Below the pieces are notes generated by a model. The model worked only from the letters and a program-made list of their open reading frames with translations. It had not been told where the DNA came from and did not search any database. Position numbers and translations under genes: made by a program. Source: Ralstonia sp. (GTDB taxonomy: Bacteria > Pseudomonadota > Gammaproteobacteria > Burkholderiales > Burkholderiaceae). From it: DNA of 32,000 bases. Positions 23,560 through 32,000 of this stretch are shown here, piece after piece (within the stretch, counting starts at the first letter, position 1; every line of letters begins with the position of its first letter). Location of the stretch: NCBI GenBank assembly GCA_046537905.1, contig JBKHJW010000013.1, positions 36,466 through 68,465 on the forward strand, in the 5' to 3' direction.

Positions 23560-23973
23560 ATGCGACATGAACGACTCACGGCGGCCAGCTGCCTGGCCGC
23601 AATGCTGCTGGTTGCAGCGCCCACGGCGCAAGCCGCCGACAACTGGGTAAAGCTCGCCCCGCTGGCCAACAGCGGCGGCACGCTCTATCTGGATCAGGAC
23701 TCTCTCGAACGCAGCGCCGACGGCACTGTGCGCGCCACCTCGCGCGATGCCTACGATGCGCCGCGCCAGCTGTCGAACGGCAAGGCGTACCAGTACGACG
23801 CGCGCACCTCGGTGTACGACTGCAAGAACGCGCGCATCCTGCCCGTCAGCGCGCGGATCGAGGACAGCCAGCATGGCACCGTGCTGGCCAAGACCATCGA
23901 CGGGCCGCGCTGGGAGGCGGTCGTGCCCAATTCCGAGGGCGAGGCGATCCTGCGCGCGGTCTGCAGGAAATAA
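23560..23973 (+). CDS. Small secreted protein, possibly surface-adhesin-E-like fold (137 aa)
   Basis: GGAGG lies 7 nt before ATG 23560. A signal peptide (MRHERLTAASCLAAMLLVAAPTAQA) is present. The mature part has the W..L....G..YLD..S......V.......Y........G......R....YDC pattern I associate with the adhesin-E family. The family assignment is from memory only. Confidence 0.5.
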   Translation: MRHERLTAASCLAAMLLVAAPTAQAADNWVKLAPLANSGGTLYLDQDSLERSADGTVRATSRDAYDAPRQLSNGKAYQYDARTSVYDCKNARILPVSARIEDSQHGTVLAKTIDGPRWEAVVPNSEGEAILRAVCRK

Positions 23974-23986
23974 GGCGCCGTATCGG

Positions 23987-25066
23987 CTATTGCACCGCCG
24001 GCGCAGGGGCCAGATCGACGCGCAGGGTGCCGTCCATGTCCATGCGCGTGGTGCCGCGCGCGGCCGCTTCGCGGTAGTGGTAGAGGTCGAAACGTAGCGG
24101 CTCGCGCGTGGACGAGTCGGTGACCAGCACGCGGCTGTTGGTCACCAGCACGTTGTACATCTTCAGGTCGCCCGACTGGATCCAGATGCGGCTGGCGGCG
24201 GTGGTCGGCGCCGGGGCGCACATCGGCGCGGCTGGGCCGAAGCCGAGCACCAGCCCGTCCGGCGTCACGCGGGCCGTCTTCATCTCGCCCGTGAGCCGTG
24301 GCGGCGGAAACACGGTGGTCTGGTCCAGCACCATGGTGTCGCCGTCGAGCTTGGCGCCGCTGCGATCGAGCGGGGCCAGCCCCGCCAGCTGCAGCCCCAT
24401 CGATTTGAGCAGCCCCAGCGTCTGGACCCCCATTACGCCCAGGTCGGTGGGCGTGTAGACGAGGTAGCGCGACTCCTTGAGCGCCAGCGTGCCGCGCATG
24501 CCGAAGGGCAGCCACACGCCCGGGAAGTGGTTGCGCAGTTTGAGCCCGCCCGCCACGTCGAGCACCCCGTCACCGGGCGTGAGCGACAGCGCATTGAGCG
24601 AGCGCGGTGCGTAGTCCAGCAGGTAGGTGTTGAATAGCGCATCGAGCGAGGCCTTGGGCACCGTCACCTCGCCACCCAGGATGCGGATGTCGAACTGGCT
24701 CGGGTCGTCCATGTCGACGGGCTGGCCGGGCGTGTGGGGCACCAGTTGCGCGGTGAGCTGATGCACGTGGAAGCCGATGTCGCCGGTGATGCGGAAATCG
24801 ACGTTGCGCATCTGCACCACGGGCGGCGCGCTGCGGGAGTCGCGTACGGCGGCATGCTGGTCGCCTGCGACGCGCGTGCCGCCAGCGGTCGGCTCGCAGC
24901 GCTGGCTCCATTGTTGGCGTACGCTGGCCAGGTCTTTGCGTTGCACGGCGGCCATGGGCGGTTCGGCGGCGCGGCACAAGGCGCTGGCCAGCAGGCCGGC
25001 CAGGCCGAGCGTCAGCAGCGCGAGGCGCAACGAGAAAGCGGCGAGGGCAAGGGCGGGGGCGATCAT
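23987..25066 (-). CDS. Exported protein of unknown family, paralog B of a tandem pair (359 aa)
   Basis: A hydrophobic N-terminus is present (MIAPALALAAFSLRLALLTLGLAGLLASALC). The protein is colinear with the upstream paralog (VDFRITGDIGFHVHQL vs VDFRFDGGVGFLVDQL; LDALFNTYLL vs MAALFNTVVF; VFPPPRL vs LFPPPAL; FDLYHYRE vs FNLYRYRE). Its ATG overlaps the upstream stop (ATGA). Confidence 0.65.
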   Translation of the reverse strand: MIAPALALAAFSLRLALLTLGLAGLLASALCRAAEPPMAAVQRKDLASVRQQWSQRCEPTAGGTRVAGDQHAAVRDSRSAPPVVQMRNVDFRITGDIGFHVHQLTAQLVPHTPGQPVDMDDPSQFDIRILGGEVTVPKASLDALFNTYLLDYAPRSLNALSLTPGDGVLDVAGGLKLRNHFPGVWLPFGMRGTLALKESRYLVYTPTDLGVMGVQTLGLLKSMGLQLAGLAPLDRSGAKLDGDTMVLDQTTVFPPPRLTGEMKTARVTPDGLVLGFGPAAPMCAPAPTTAASRIWIQSGDLKMYNVLVTNSRVLVTDSSTREPLRFDLYHYREAAARGTTRMDMDGTLRVDLAPAPAVQ

Positions 25067-26193
25067 GGCGCGGTCCTCTTGGCGAGTTGCACGGTGGTCT
25101 TGGCAGGGCGCGCGGCAAGCGTGTCGAACGAGGGCATCAGCACGCGGATGCCGCCGTCGGTCGAGAAGCGCAGCGAGCCGGCGCTCAACTGTTCGCGATA
25201 GCGGTACAGGTTGAACATGAACGGCTGCGACGGATCGGCAACGACGATGTCGATGCGCGCATTCATCGGCATCGAGCGCATGAAGCGGATGTCGCCGCCG
25301 CGAAAGAGGATGTACGGGCGCTGTGCGTCAGCTGCATTGGCCAGCGGCGGCATCTGCGGAGCGCCGTCGCCGATCTGCATGACCAGCCCGTCGCGCGCGA
25401 CGCGGATGGCGGACAGCTTCAGGTCGAGCGCCGGCGGTGGGAACAGCTTGGGCACCTGCATGACGATCTCGCTGCCGGCGAGCTGCACCGCTGGCGTGGA
25501 CACCGGCAGCAGGTCGGCCAGTTCGATATGCGCCGCGCCCATCAGCGCGCCGGCATCCTGGTTGCGCACCTTGACCACGTTGGGGCGGAAAACGATGGTC
25601 TGCGGGTCACGCAAGACGAGCGGGCCGCGTAGCTCGATCGGCACCCAGGCGCCGCGGCGGCGCATCTCGGCGCGCATGGTCAGCGTGCCGTCGTCGAGCG
25701 CGAAGGTGAAGCGCCGCAAGGGCGGCTCGCTGCCCGGCCCGCGCGCGAAGACGACGGTGTTGAACAGCGCTGCCATGCTGTCGGCGCTCACGCGCACGGT
25801 GCCGGACACGGGCTGCAGCGCGTAGGAGGACACGTCGTCAAGCCAGATCGGGTCGCCGGGCTGGCGCGGCACCATGCGCAGCGCGAGCTGGTCGACCAGG
25901 AAGCCGACGCCGCCGTCGAAGCGGAAATCGACGTGGCGCAGGTAGGAGATGGCATCCGGCTGGCCGGAGTCGCGCAGCGTGGTGGGGCGCACCTCGCGCG
26001 TGCCGATGCCGCCCACCGAGAATGGCGCGCGCGCCTGATGGCGGGCCTCCTCGAGCTGCCTGGCCTTGGCCGCCTCGATGCCGCCGGAGGCGCCATCACC
26101 GGCGCTCGCGCAGCTCTGCAGCGACAGCGCCGCACACAGGATGCCCGCTGCGCGGACGGCCCACCCACGTTGATGCAACCTCAAGTCCCACAT
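25063..26193 (-). CDS. Probable lipoprotein of unknown family, paralog A of a tandem pair (376 aa)
   Basis: ATG 26193 is preceded by GAGGAG. The signal peptide has a lipobox-like LSLQSC. The longer tracked ORF (to 26466) overlaps the divergent merR promoter region and has no ribosome-binding site. Confidence 0.65.
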   Translation of the reverse strand: MWDLRLHQRGWAVRAAGILCAALSLQSCASAGDGASGGIEAAKARQLEEARHQARAPFSVGGIGTREVRPTTLRDSGQPDAISYLRHVDFRFDGGVGFLVDQLALRMVPRQPGDPIWLDDVSSYALQPVSGTVRVSADSMAALFNTVVFARGPGSEPPLRRFTFALDDGTLTMRAEMRRRGAWVPIELRGPLVLRDPQTIVFRPNVVKVRNQDAGALMGAAHIELADLLPVSTPAVQLAGSEIVMQVPKLFPPPALDLKLSAIRVARDGLVMQIGDGAPQMPPLANAADAQRPYILFRGGDIRFMRSMPMNARIDIVVADPSQPFMFNLYRYREQLSAGSLRFSTDGGIRVLMPSFDTLAARPAKTTVQLAKRTAP

Positions 26194-26278
26194 CGACGGT
26201 CTCCTCGTCGTGAGAGGGCCGGAAACCACCCGGCGACTTGGCGCGGTCGTGTTGCCGCGCTCGTGTAGAATTTTTTGC

Positions 26279-27130
26279 ATGCCTGCCCGCAAACCAACCG
26301 GCGATGCCGGTCCGCCAGCCCAACCGCCCAGTGCGCCCGGTATGCCCGTGCGCGAGTTCACCATCGATGAGCTCGCGCGTGCGGCTGAGACCACCGTCCG
26401 CAACGTCCGCTCGTACCAGGACCGCGGCCTGCTCGACCCGCCCGAGCGGCGCGGCCGCGTGGGCATCTACACGCAGGCGCACCTGGGGCGGCTCAAGCTG
26501 ATCAACCACCTGCTGGCGCGCGGCTACACGCTCGCCAACATCCAGGAACTGCTCAAGGCCATCGTCGAGGGCCACGATCTGCGCTCCATCCTCGGGCTCG
26601 AATCCGCCATCAGCAGCCCATGGTCGGAAGAGGCGCCCAAGCATTTTTCGCTGCTCGCGCTCGCCAAGCTATTCGGGCGATCCATGTCTCGCCAGGCGCT
26701 GGCCCGCGCCATCGCACTCGGCCTGCTGGAGCCCGACGGCCTCGGCTACCTGGCCCGCAACCCGAAGGCGCTGATGGCGGGCTCGCAGATGGCGCGCGCC
26801 GGTTTCCCGCTGGTCGACGTGCTCGACATCATCGAGCGTGCGCGGCCGCATGCCCAGGCGGTGGCCGATGACCTCGTCGCCATGGTCGTGCGCGAGCTCG
26901 ACAGATATGGCGAAGGCCAGCTGCCGCCGGTCGAGGACGTGCCGCGCCTGGTCGACGTGATCTGGCGCATCCGGCCGCTGGCGCTGGTGGCGGTCGAGGC
27001 CGAACTGATGCGCGCGCTCGAGATTGCCGCCAACAAGTACCTCGGCGACCGCGTGGCACAGGTCCTTGAGCATCTGCACGAACCGCCGGCGCCGAACGGG
27101 TCACGCGAGCCGCCCGCGTCGAAGTCTTAA
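26279..27130 (+). CDS. MerR-family transcriptional regulator with long C-terminal domain (283 aa)
   Basis: A MerR-type HTH is present (FTIDELARAAETTVRNVRSYQDRGLLDPPERRGRVGIYTQAHLGRLKLINHLLARGYTLANIQELL). The start is taken at ATG 26279, and ATG 26342 is also possible. Confidence 0.8.
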   Translation: MPARKPTGDAGPPAQPPSAPGMPVREFTIDELARAAETTVRNVRSYQDRGLLDPPERRGRVGIYTQAHLGRLKLINHLLARGYTLANIQELLKAIVEGHDLRSILGLESAISSPWSEEAPKHFSLLALAKLFGRSMSRQALARAIALGLLEPDGLGYLARNPKALMAGSQMARAGFPLVDVLDIIERARPHAQAVADDLVAMVVRELDRYGEGQLPPVEDVPRLVDVIWRIRPLALVAVEAELMRALEIAANKYLGDRVAQVLEHLHEPPAPNGSREPPASKS

Positions 27131-27143
27131 GACGTTGTCTCCT

Positions 27144-27180
27144 GGCGCGCCCTGCGTGGGGCGCGCCTCATCTATTTCTA
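27144..27180. terminator. Hairpin between convergent genes (possible bidirectional terminator)
   Basis: GGCGCGCC-(8 nt)-GGCGCGCC forms an 8-bp G/C stem, followed on the plus strand by the T-rich TCATCTATTTCTA. It lies between the merR-like stop (27130) and the hydrolase stop (27198). Confidence 0.45.
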
Positions 27181-27197
27181 CGTTGCCTGCGACCGGA

Positions 27198-28094
27198 CTA
27201 CGATCCAGCCGCGCCAGCCGATGACAGCTTGCGGCGGATCGACGGTGACGGTGCCTCGCCGTTGGCAGCGGCATAGGCCTCGATTTCCGAGATCAGCTTG
27301 GGCAGGCGCTCCAGCGCCGCGCGGTTGTCCTCGTCCCACGGGTGGAACGACGGCCGGAAGTAATCCAGGAACTCCGGAATGATCTTGCGCAGCGGCGCCG
27401 GGTGGATCCACAGGAAGTGGAACGCTTTGCCCAGCCCGAGGAATTTGTGTTCGCAGGTGCGGTCGGCAAAGATCAGCCGCAGGTGCACGTAGAACACCAT
27501 CGCCCAGAACGAGACCGTGGTCAGCAGCATGACCGACGTGCGCAGGATGTAGCGGCGCAGGCCCGGCTTGATGGCGAGGTTCCACACGTCGTAGCTGACC
27601 GCCTTGTGCTCGGTCTCTTCCATGGCGTGCCACATCCAGACCTGACGGTAACCGTGCTGGGAGTTGCGCCCGAGGCCGTCGTCATGCGCCAGCACCTGGT
27701 TGGCCAGCATGGCCGTGTAGTGCTCCAGCGCCACCGTCACCGCCAGCTGGTGCGACTTGGGCGTGTATTTGCGCAGCACGTTCAGGAACTTGCCGACGAA
27801 GCGGTCGATCCGGTTGGCGGGCAGGCCGGCGCGGTCGAGCAGGTCGTTGTACAGCACGTGCTCGCGCGTGTGCATGGCTTCCTGGCCGATGAAGCCGGCC
27901 ACGGCCTGCTTCAGTTCCGGGTCGGTCACCAGGTGGCGGTAGTTGCGCACGCTGTCCATGAAGAAGCGCTCGCCTGTCGGGAAGAAGATCGACAGCGCGT
28001 TGAGGAAGTGGGTGACGTGGTTGCCTCGTTCGTGCCAGTTGCTGATGCGGTCGGCTGGCAGGTGAGGATGCACGTCGCGGCGGACTGGCATCAT
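27198..28094 (-). CDS. Predicted metal-dependent hydrolase (PF10118-like, 298 aa)
   Basis: His/Glu-rich helical motifs typical of that family as I recall it are present: HFLNALSIFFPTGERFF, GQEAMHTREH, ALEHYTA, WHAMEETEHKAV. Its ATG overlaps the stop of the upstream gene (ATGA). Confidence 0.65.
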   Translation of the reverse strand: MMPVRRDVHPHLPADRISNWHERGNHVTHFLNALSIFFPTGERFFMDSVRNYRHLVTDPELKQAVAGFIGQEAMHTREHVLYNDLLDRAGLPANRIDRFVGKFLNVLRKYTPKSHQLAVTVALEHYTAMLANQVLAHDDGLGRNSQHGYRQVWMWHAMEETEHKAVSYDVWNLAIKPGLRRYILRTSVMLLTTVSFWAMVFYVHLRLIFADRTCEHKFLGLGKAFHFLWIHPAPLRKIIPEFLDYFRPSFHPWDEDNRAALERLPKLISEIEAYAAANGEAPSPSIRRKLSSAGAAGS

Positions 28095-29155
28095 GGGCGG
28101 GTCTCCTGGAGAGCGGTCTCGGGGTGAGTGGCGGGGGTGCGGCCTTGTCCTTGTCCCTGCGCTTGTTCAAGGAAGGCGCAGAGGTCGGTGCCCACGCGCA
28201 CGGGGTCCTCCTCCATCGGGATATGGCCGAGCGCCGGATACATGCGTAGCGTCGCGTGAGGGATGCGGCGGGCGAATTCGCCGGCGTGCGCGGGCGGGAT
28301 CCACCGGTCGCGCTGTCCCCACAGGATCAGCGTCGGCACGCGGATGGCGGCCAGCACGCTGGTATCGACGCTGTCGAAATCGAACTTCGACACCATCTTG
28401 CCGAAGGCGGAGCGGGCGCCGTCGGCGTAGAAGAACTCGGTATAGCGACGCAGGGTCGGCGCCGACACGCGGGCCGGGTCGCCGTACACGTCGCGCGTGG
28501 CGGCGCGCACAATGCCTTCGGGCAGCAGCCACGGCGTGGTCAGTCGCACCGGCAGGTGATTGAACAGGTCGAGGTAGACCGGCAGCTTCATCGGGAAGCC
28601 GGCGGAGTCGATCAGCACGAGTTTCTCGATGCGCTCCGGGTGGCGTGCGGCGTAGTCCCACGCCACCATGCCGCCCAGCGAGTTGCCGACGAGCGAGAGC
28701 TGGGTCAGGCCGAGCGAATCGATAAAGGCGTCGATGAAGTCGCGGTACAGCGGCAGCTCTGCGGTGCGCGGGCGGCCGTGCGCGTCGCGCAGTGGCCCGG
28801 TGATCCCGAACGGCGGCAGGTCCAGCCGGATCACGCGCCAACGCCGCGTGAGCTGCGGCAGCACGCCGTCCCACGTGTGCAGCGACGCGCAGACACCGTG
28901 GATCAGCAGCAGCGTGCCTTCCGCGTTGGCGGGACCTTCATCGGTGTAGTGCACGCGCGTACCCATCAGCGGCAGGTAGCGCGACTGCGGCTTGGCGTAG
29001 CGCGCGATCAGCACGTCGCGCGGGATGCTGCGCAGGCCGAGGCGGCCGGGGCTGAGCATGGCACGCGCGGCGTCGAGCAGCGTGGCGCGCCGGGGGCTGG
29101 CGTAGACCTCGCCCGAGGCGTTGCCGAGCGGCGGAGTCGATGCGGTGGTCTTCAT
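28091..29155 (-). CDS. Alpha/beta-fold hydrolase (354 aa)
   Basis: Read from ATG 29155, the protein has an HG oxyanion region (LLLIHGVCASLHTW) and a nucleophile elbow GNSLGG. A C-terminal His region (ALGHIPMEEDP) is also present. The tracked 402-aa version overlaps the SDR gene and was trimmed. Confidence 0.8.
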   Translation of the reverse strand: MKTTASTPPLGNASGEVYASPRRATLLDAARAMLSPGRLGLRSIPRDVLIARYAKPQSRYLPLMGTRVHYTDEGPANAEGTLLLIHGVCASLHTWDGVLPQLTRRWRVIRLDLPPFGITGPLRDAHGRPRTAELPLYRDFIDAFIDSLGLTQLSLVGNSLGGMVAWDYAARHPERIEKLVLIDSAGFPMKLPVYLDLFNHLPVRLTTPWLLPEGIVRAATRDVYGDPARVSAPTLRRYTEFFYADGARSAFGKMVSKFDFDSVDTSVLAAIRVPTLILWGQRDRWIPPAHAGEFARRIPHATLRMYPALGHIPMEEDPVRVGTDLCAFLEQAQGQGQGRTPATHPETALQETRP

Positions 29156-29165
29156 CGGCCGGTCT

Positions 29166-30056
29166 CTACTTGGCGCGGGCGGTAGCCGGCGCGGCCTCGT
29201 CGCGCAGGTTCTTCTTGCGTGTGCGGCGCGCCTTGAACACGACCAGCGCCTGGTAGGCGGCAGGCAGGATGCGCGCCATCGCGTCGGCGGCATAGGCATC
29301 CGGGCCGATCAGCACGCGGCGCTTGTTCTTGCGTACGCCGTCCAGGATCACGCTTGCCGCCTTCTCGGGGCGGGTGATGAAAAACTTCTCGAACTCGTCC
29401 TTGCCTTGCTGCTCGTCGCGGACCAGGAAGCCGTTCATGCTCGGCGACATGCGGCTGGACTTGGCGATGTTGGTCTTGATGCCGCCCGGGTGTACGCAGG
29501 TGGCCGACACGCCGCAGTCCATCAGGTCCAGCTCCTGGCGCAGCGCGTCGGTGTAGCCGCGCACCGCGTATTTGCTGGCGTTGTAGGCGGCCATGCCGGG
29601 CTGCGCGAAGACGCCGAAGATGCTCGACGTGTTGACCACGTGCCCCTCGCCGGTGGCTTTGAGCAGCGGCAGGAAAGCCTTGGTGCCGTGCACGACGCCC
29701 CAGAAGTTGATGTTCATGATCCAGGCCAGCTCGTCGTCGTCCATGCCTTCGATCGTGCTAGATAGCGCCACGCCGGCGTTGTTGAAGATCAGGTTGACCT
29801 TGCCGTGCGCGGTGGCGGCTTCTTCGGCCCAGCGGTAGACGGCCGCGCGGTCGGCCACGTCCACGGCGTGGGTGGTGATGCGGATGCGCTCGCCTTCATG
29901 CGCGCGGACGAGCTGCACGGTCTGCGCAAGCGCGGCCTCGTTGCGATCCGCCAGCGTCAGGTGGCAGCCCTCGCGTGCCAGGGCCAGCGCCAGCGCGCGG
30001 CCGATGCCCGACGCGGCACCGGTGATGGCGGCAACCTGGTTGTTGAACGACTTCAT
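29166..30056 (-). CDS. Short-chain dehydrogenase/reductase (SDR, 296 aa)
   Basis: The cofactor motif TGAASGIGRA, an NNAG motif and the catalytic YNASK are present. The stop lies 10 nt upstream of the hydrolase start. Confidence 0.85.
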   Translation of the reverse strand: MKSFNNQVAAITGAASGIGRALALALAREGCHLTLADRNEAALAQTVQLVRAHEGERIRITTHAVDVADRAAVYRWAEEAATAHGKVNLIFNNAGVALSSTIEGMDDDELAWIMNINFWGVVHGTKAFLPLLKATGEGHVVNTSSIFGVFAQPGMAAYNASKYAVRGYTDALRQELDLMDCGVSATCVHPGGIKTNIAKSSRMSPSMNGFLVRDEQQGKDEFEKFFITRPEKAASVILDGVRKNKRRVLIGPDAYAADAMARILPAAYQALVVFKARRTRKKNLRDEAAPATARAK

Positions 30057-30137
30057 GACGTGGTCTCCTGTGGGCCGGCGCGTGGTGGAAAGGGGGCAGG
30101 TCGCGCCGGCACGGCCCCGTTCTGGGTTGGGTATGCG

Positions 30138-31757
30138 TCAGACGCGGTCGAGCGCTTCTTCGGCGGTGGTGTTCTGTGTGGCGGGCACGGTGCGCGCTGG
30201 CACGCGCCGCGGCGTGCCTTTGGGCGCGGGCAGCGCACGGGTGCGATAGTCGGCCAACCGGAAATGCGCGGTGGCGCGCCGGAACTGCCAAGTGAAGCCC
30301 GGCCACAGCGTGGTGTTCTTGCCGGTCTTCGGATCGAGGTACCAGCTCACGCAGCCGCCTTCGGACCAGATCGCGTGGGCCAGCCGTTTCTGCAGGCCAT
30401 CGTTGAAGCGGCGCTGCACATCCGGGCGCACGTCGATGGCCGCCACGCGATGCGCGCGCATCGACTTGAGCGCGTCCACCACATACGCCACCTGCGACTC
30501 GATCATGAACACCATCGACGAGTGGCCAAGCCCCGTGTTCGGGCCCACCACCATGAAGAAATTCGGAAAGCCCGCCACCGTGGTGCCCAGGTAGGCTTCG
30601 GCCCCGCCGCCCCAGGCATCGACCAGGTCGACGCCGCCCGTGCCCAGGACGGCGCCGCGCGGGAATGGATCGGTGGCGTGGAAGCCGGTGCCGAAGATCA
30701 GGCAATCGACCTCGCGCCGCGTGCCATCGGTGGTGACCACGGCATTCGGCTCGATGCGCGCGACGCCGGTGGTGATGACGTCGACGTTCTGCCGCGTGAG
30801 CGACGGGTAGTAGTCGTTGGAGACCAGCACGCGCTTGCAGCCGATGGTGTAGTCGGGCGTGACCTTGTCGCGCAGGATCGGATCAGCGATGCGGCGCTTG
30901 ATATGACGGCGCGCCATCAGCTCCACCGCCTTCATCAGCTTGGGGTTGACCACGAAGCCCAGCACGCGCGATTCGAGCATCCAGTAGATGCCGGTGCGCA
31001 TCAGCTTTTGCGTGAAGGGCAGGTGGCGGAACAGCCAGTGCTCGGCGCGCGACACTTCGCGGTCGGGCTTGGGCAGGATCCACGGCGGGGTGCGCTGGTA
31101 CAGGTCGAGCCGGCCCGCCTTGGGCGCGATCTGCGGCACGAACTGGATGGCCGAGGCACCGGTGCCGATCACGGCCACGCGCTTGCCGCGCAGGTCGTAG
31201 TCGTGCTCCCACAGCTGCGAGTGGAAGGCCTTGCCCTGGAAGGTGTCGATGCCGGGGATGTTCGGCCACGCCGGGCGGCTCAGGCCGCCCATGCCGGAGA
31301 TCAGCGCACGGGCCCGGTAGCGGCGGCCGTCGGCCATGTCGAGATTCCACACGCCGGCGACATCGTCGAAGGCCGCGCGTGCCAGCGCATGGTTGAAGCG
31401 GATATGCCTGCGCACGCCAAACTGGTCGGTGCAGCGCTCCAGGTAGGCGCGGATTTCCGGCTGCGGCGAGAACATGCGCGACCAGTCCGGATTGGGCGCG
31501 AACGAGAACGAATACAGATGCGACTGCACATCGCACGCGCAGCCCGGGTAGTGGTTGTCGCGCCAGGTGCCGCCCACCGAGTCGGCCTTCTCGAAGACCA
31601 CGAAATCGTCGATGCCGTGCTGCTTGAGCTGGATCGCCATGCCTAGCCCGGCAAAGCCGGTGCCGATGATGGCGATCTCGACCAGCTCAGGGGTGTCGCT
31701 GCTGCGTGCGGCCGAACCAAAGGCGTCGGCGCGCGGAAAGTCGGTCCGGGCGTTCAC
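30138..31757 (-). CDS. Flavin-dependent Baeyer-Villiger-type monooxygenase (539 aa, GTG start)
   Basis: Two Rossmann motifs (IIGTGFAGLG and VIGTGASAIQ) flank the type I BVMO fingerprint F.G...H...W (FQGKAFHSQLW). GGAGA lies 6 nt before GTG 31757. Confidence 0.8.
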   Translation of the reverse strand: MNARTDFPRADAFGSAARSSDTPELVEIAIIGTGFAGLGMAIQLKQHGIDDFVVFEKADSVGGTWRDNHYPGCACDVQSHLYSFSFAPNPDWSRMFSPQPEIRAYLERCTDQFGVRRHIRFNHALARAAFDDVAGVWNLDMADGRRYRARALISGMGGLSRPAWPNIPGIDTFQGKAFHSQLWEHDYDLRGKRVAVIGTGASAIQFVPQIAPKAGRLDLYQRTPPWILPKPDREVSRAEHWLFRHLPFTQKLMRTGIYWMLESRVLGFVVNPKLMKAVELMARRHIKRRIADPILRDKVTPDYTIGCKRVLVSNDYYPSLTRQNVDVITTGVARIEPNAVVTTDGTRREVDCLIFGTGFHATDPFPRGAVLGTGGVDLVDAWGGGAEAYLGTTVAGFPNFFMVVGPNTGLGHSSMVFMIESQVAYVVDALKSMRAHRVAAIDVRPDVQRRFNDGLQKRLAHAIWSEGGCVSWYLDPKTGKNTTLWPGFTWQFRRATAHFRLADYRTRALPAPKGTPRRVPARTVPATQNTTAEEALDRV

Positions 31758-31796
31758 GTGGCGTCTCCGTGGGCGCCGTTTCAGCGCCTCTTAATG

Positions 31797-31814
31797 TGAC
31801 ATTGGTCGATGTCA
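31797..31814. promoter_or_regulatory. Inverted repeat TGACAT-N6-ATGTCA upstream of the monooxygenase operon (candidate operator)
   Basis: Read directly, 40-57 nt upstream of the GTG start. Only 6-bp arms are present, so chance occurrence is plausible. Confidence 0.25.
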
Positions 31815-32000
31815 TCGTAGGGGGCGCTGCTGGGTGCGTCAATCGGTCGATTGGAGACGCGGCTCTAAAAGCGGCGCGGCAGGCGTTTGAAACGGAATGC
31901 GCTTACAAATCCGGGACTTGCGCGCGATTGGGTAGGGTCAGGATGCGGCTTTTGCTGCACTCAGTGTGTCTTGCAGGCGCGTGATCAGGCGCATCACACG

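Noticed and set aside
31937-32000. Apparent C-terminal end of a minus-strand gene at the right edge of the window
   Set aside because: On careful re-reading, the frame ending at the TGA (31937-31939) contains further in-frame stop codons within the last 64 nt, so no coding end is supported.

Overview
High-GC chromosomal segment with the gene content and porin type of a Burkholderiaceae-like betaproteobacterium (taxon is inferred, not verified). From left to right, the housekeeping and accessory genes are: GNAT acetyltransferase, kefF-kefC K+ efflux pair, a Cys-free Ser/Thr-rich low-complexity protein, a DUF1835-like protein, a CPG2-like M20 carboxypeptidase, a porin gene broken inside a pentanucleotide repeat tract, a small secreted repeat protein, an intact porin, an orphan KdpE-like response regulator, a Tat-signal HiPIP, an NTF2-like hypothetical and HppD. 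The main feature follows. It is an ~8.2-kb integrated filamentous (inovirus-like) prophage at 13919-22161, bounded by a perfect 57-bp direct repeat. The right copy of that repeat is the 3' part of an intact tRNA-Arg(CCG). The element carries a tyrosine integrase, a rolling-circle Rep, a hairpin-rich intergenic region, a Zot/pI-like ATPase, pVI-, pIII- and g8p-like coat genes joined by overlapping stop/start codons, a g5p-like gene, a Cro-like regulator with repeated operator-like sites, and two opposite-strand accessory genes. To the right of the tRNA lie a membrane-anchored dihaem cytochrome c, an adhesin-E-like secreted protein, two tandem paralogous exported proteins of unknown family divergent from a MerR regulator, and a four-gene operon (Baeyer-Villiger monooxygenase, SDR, alpha/beta hydrolase, metal-dependent hydrolase). 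No CRISPR array, rRNA or IS element was seen. All calls rest on reading the sequence and ORF translations, and no database search was run.
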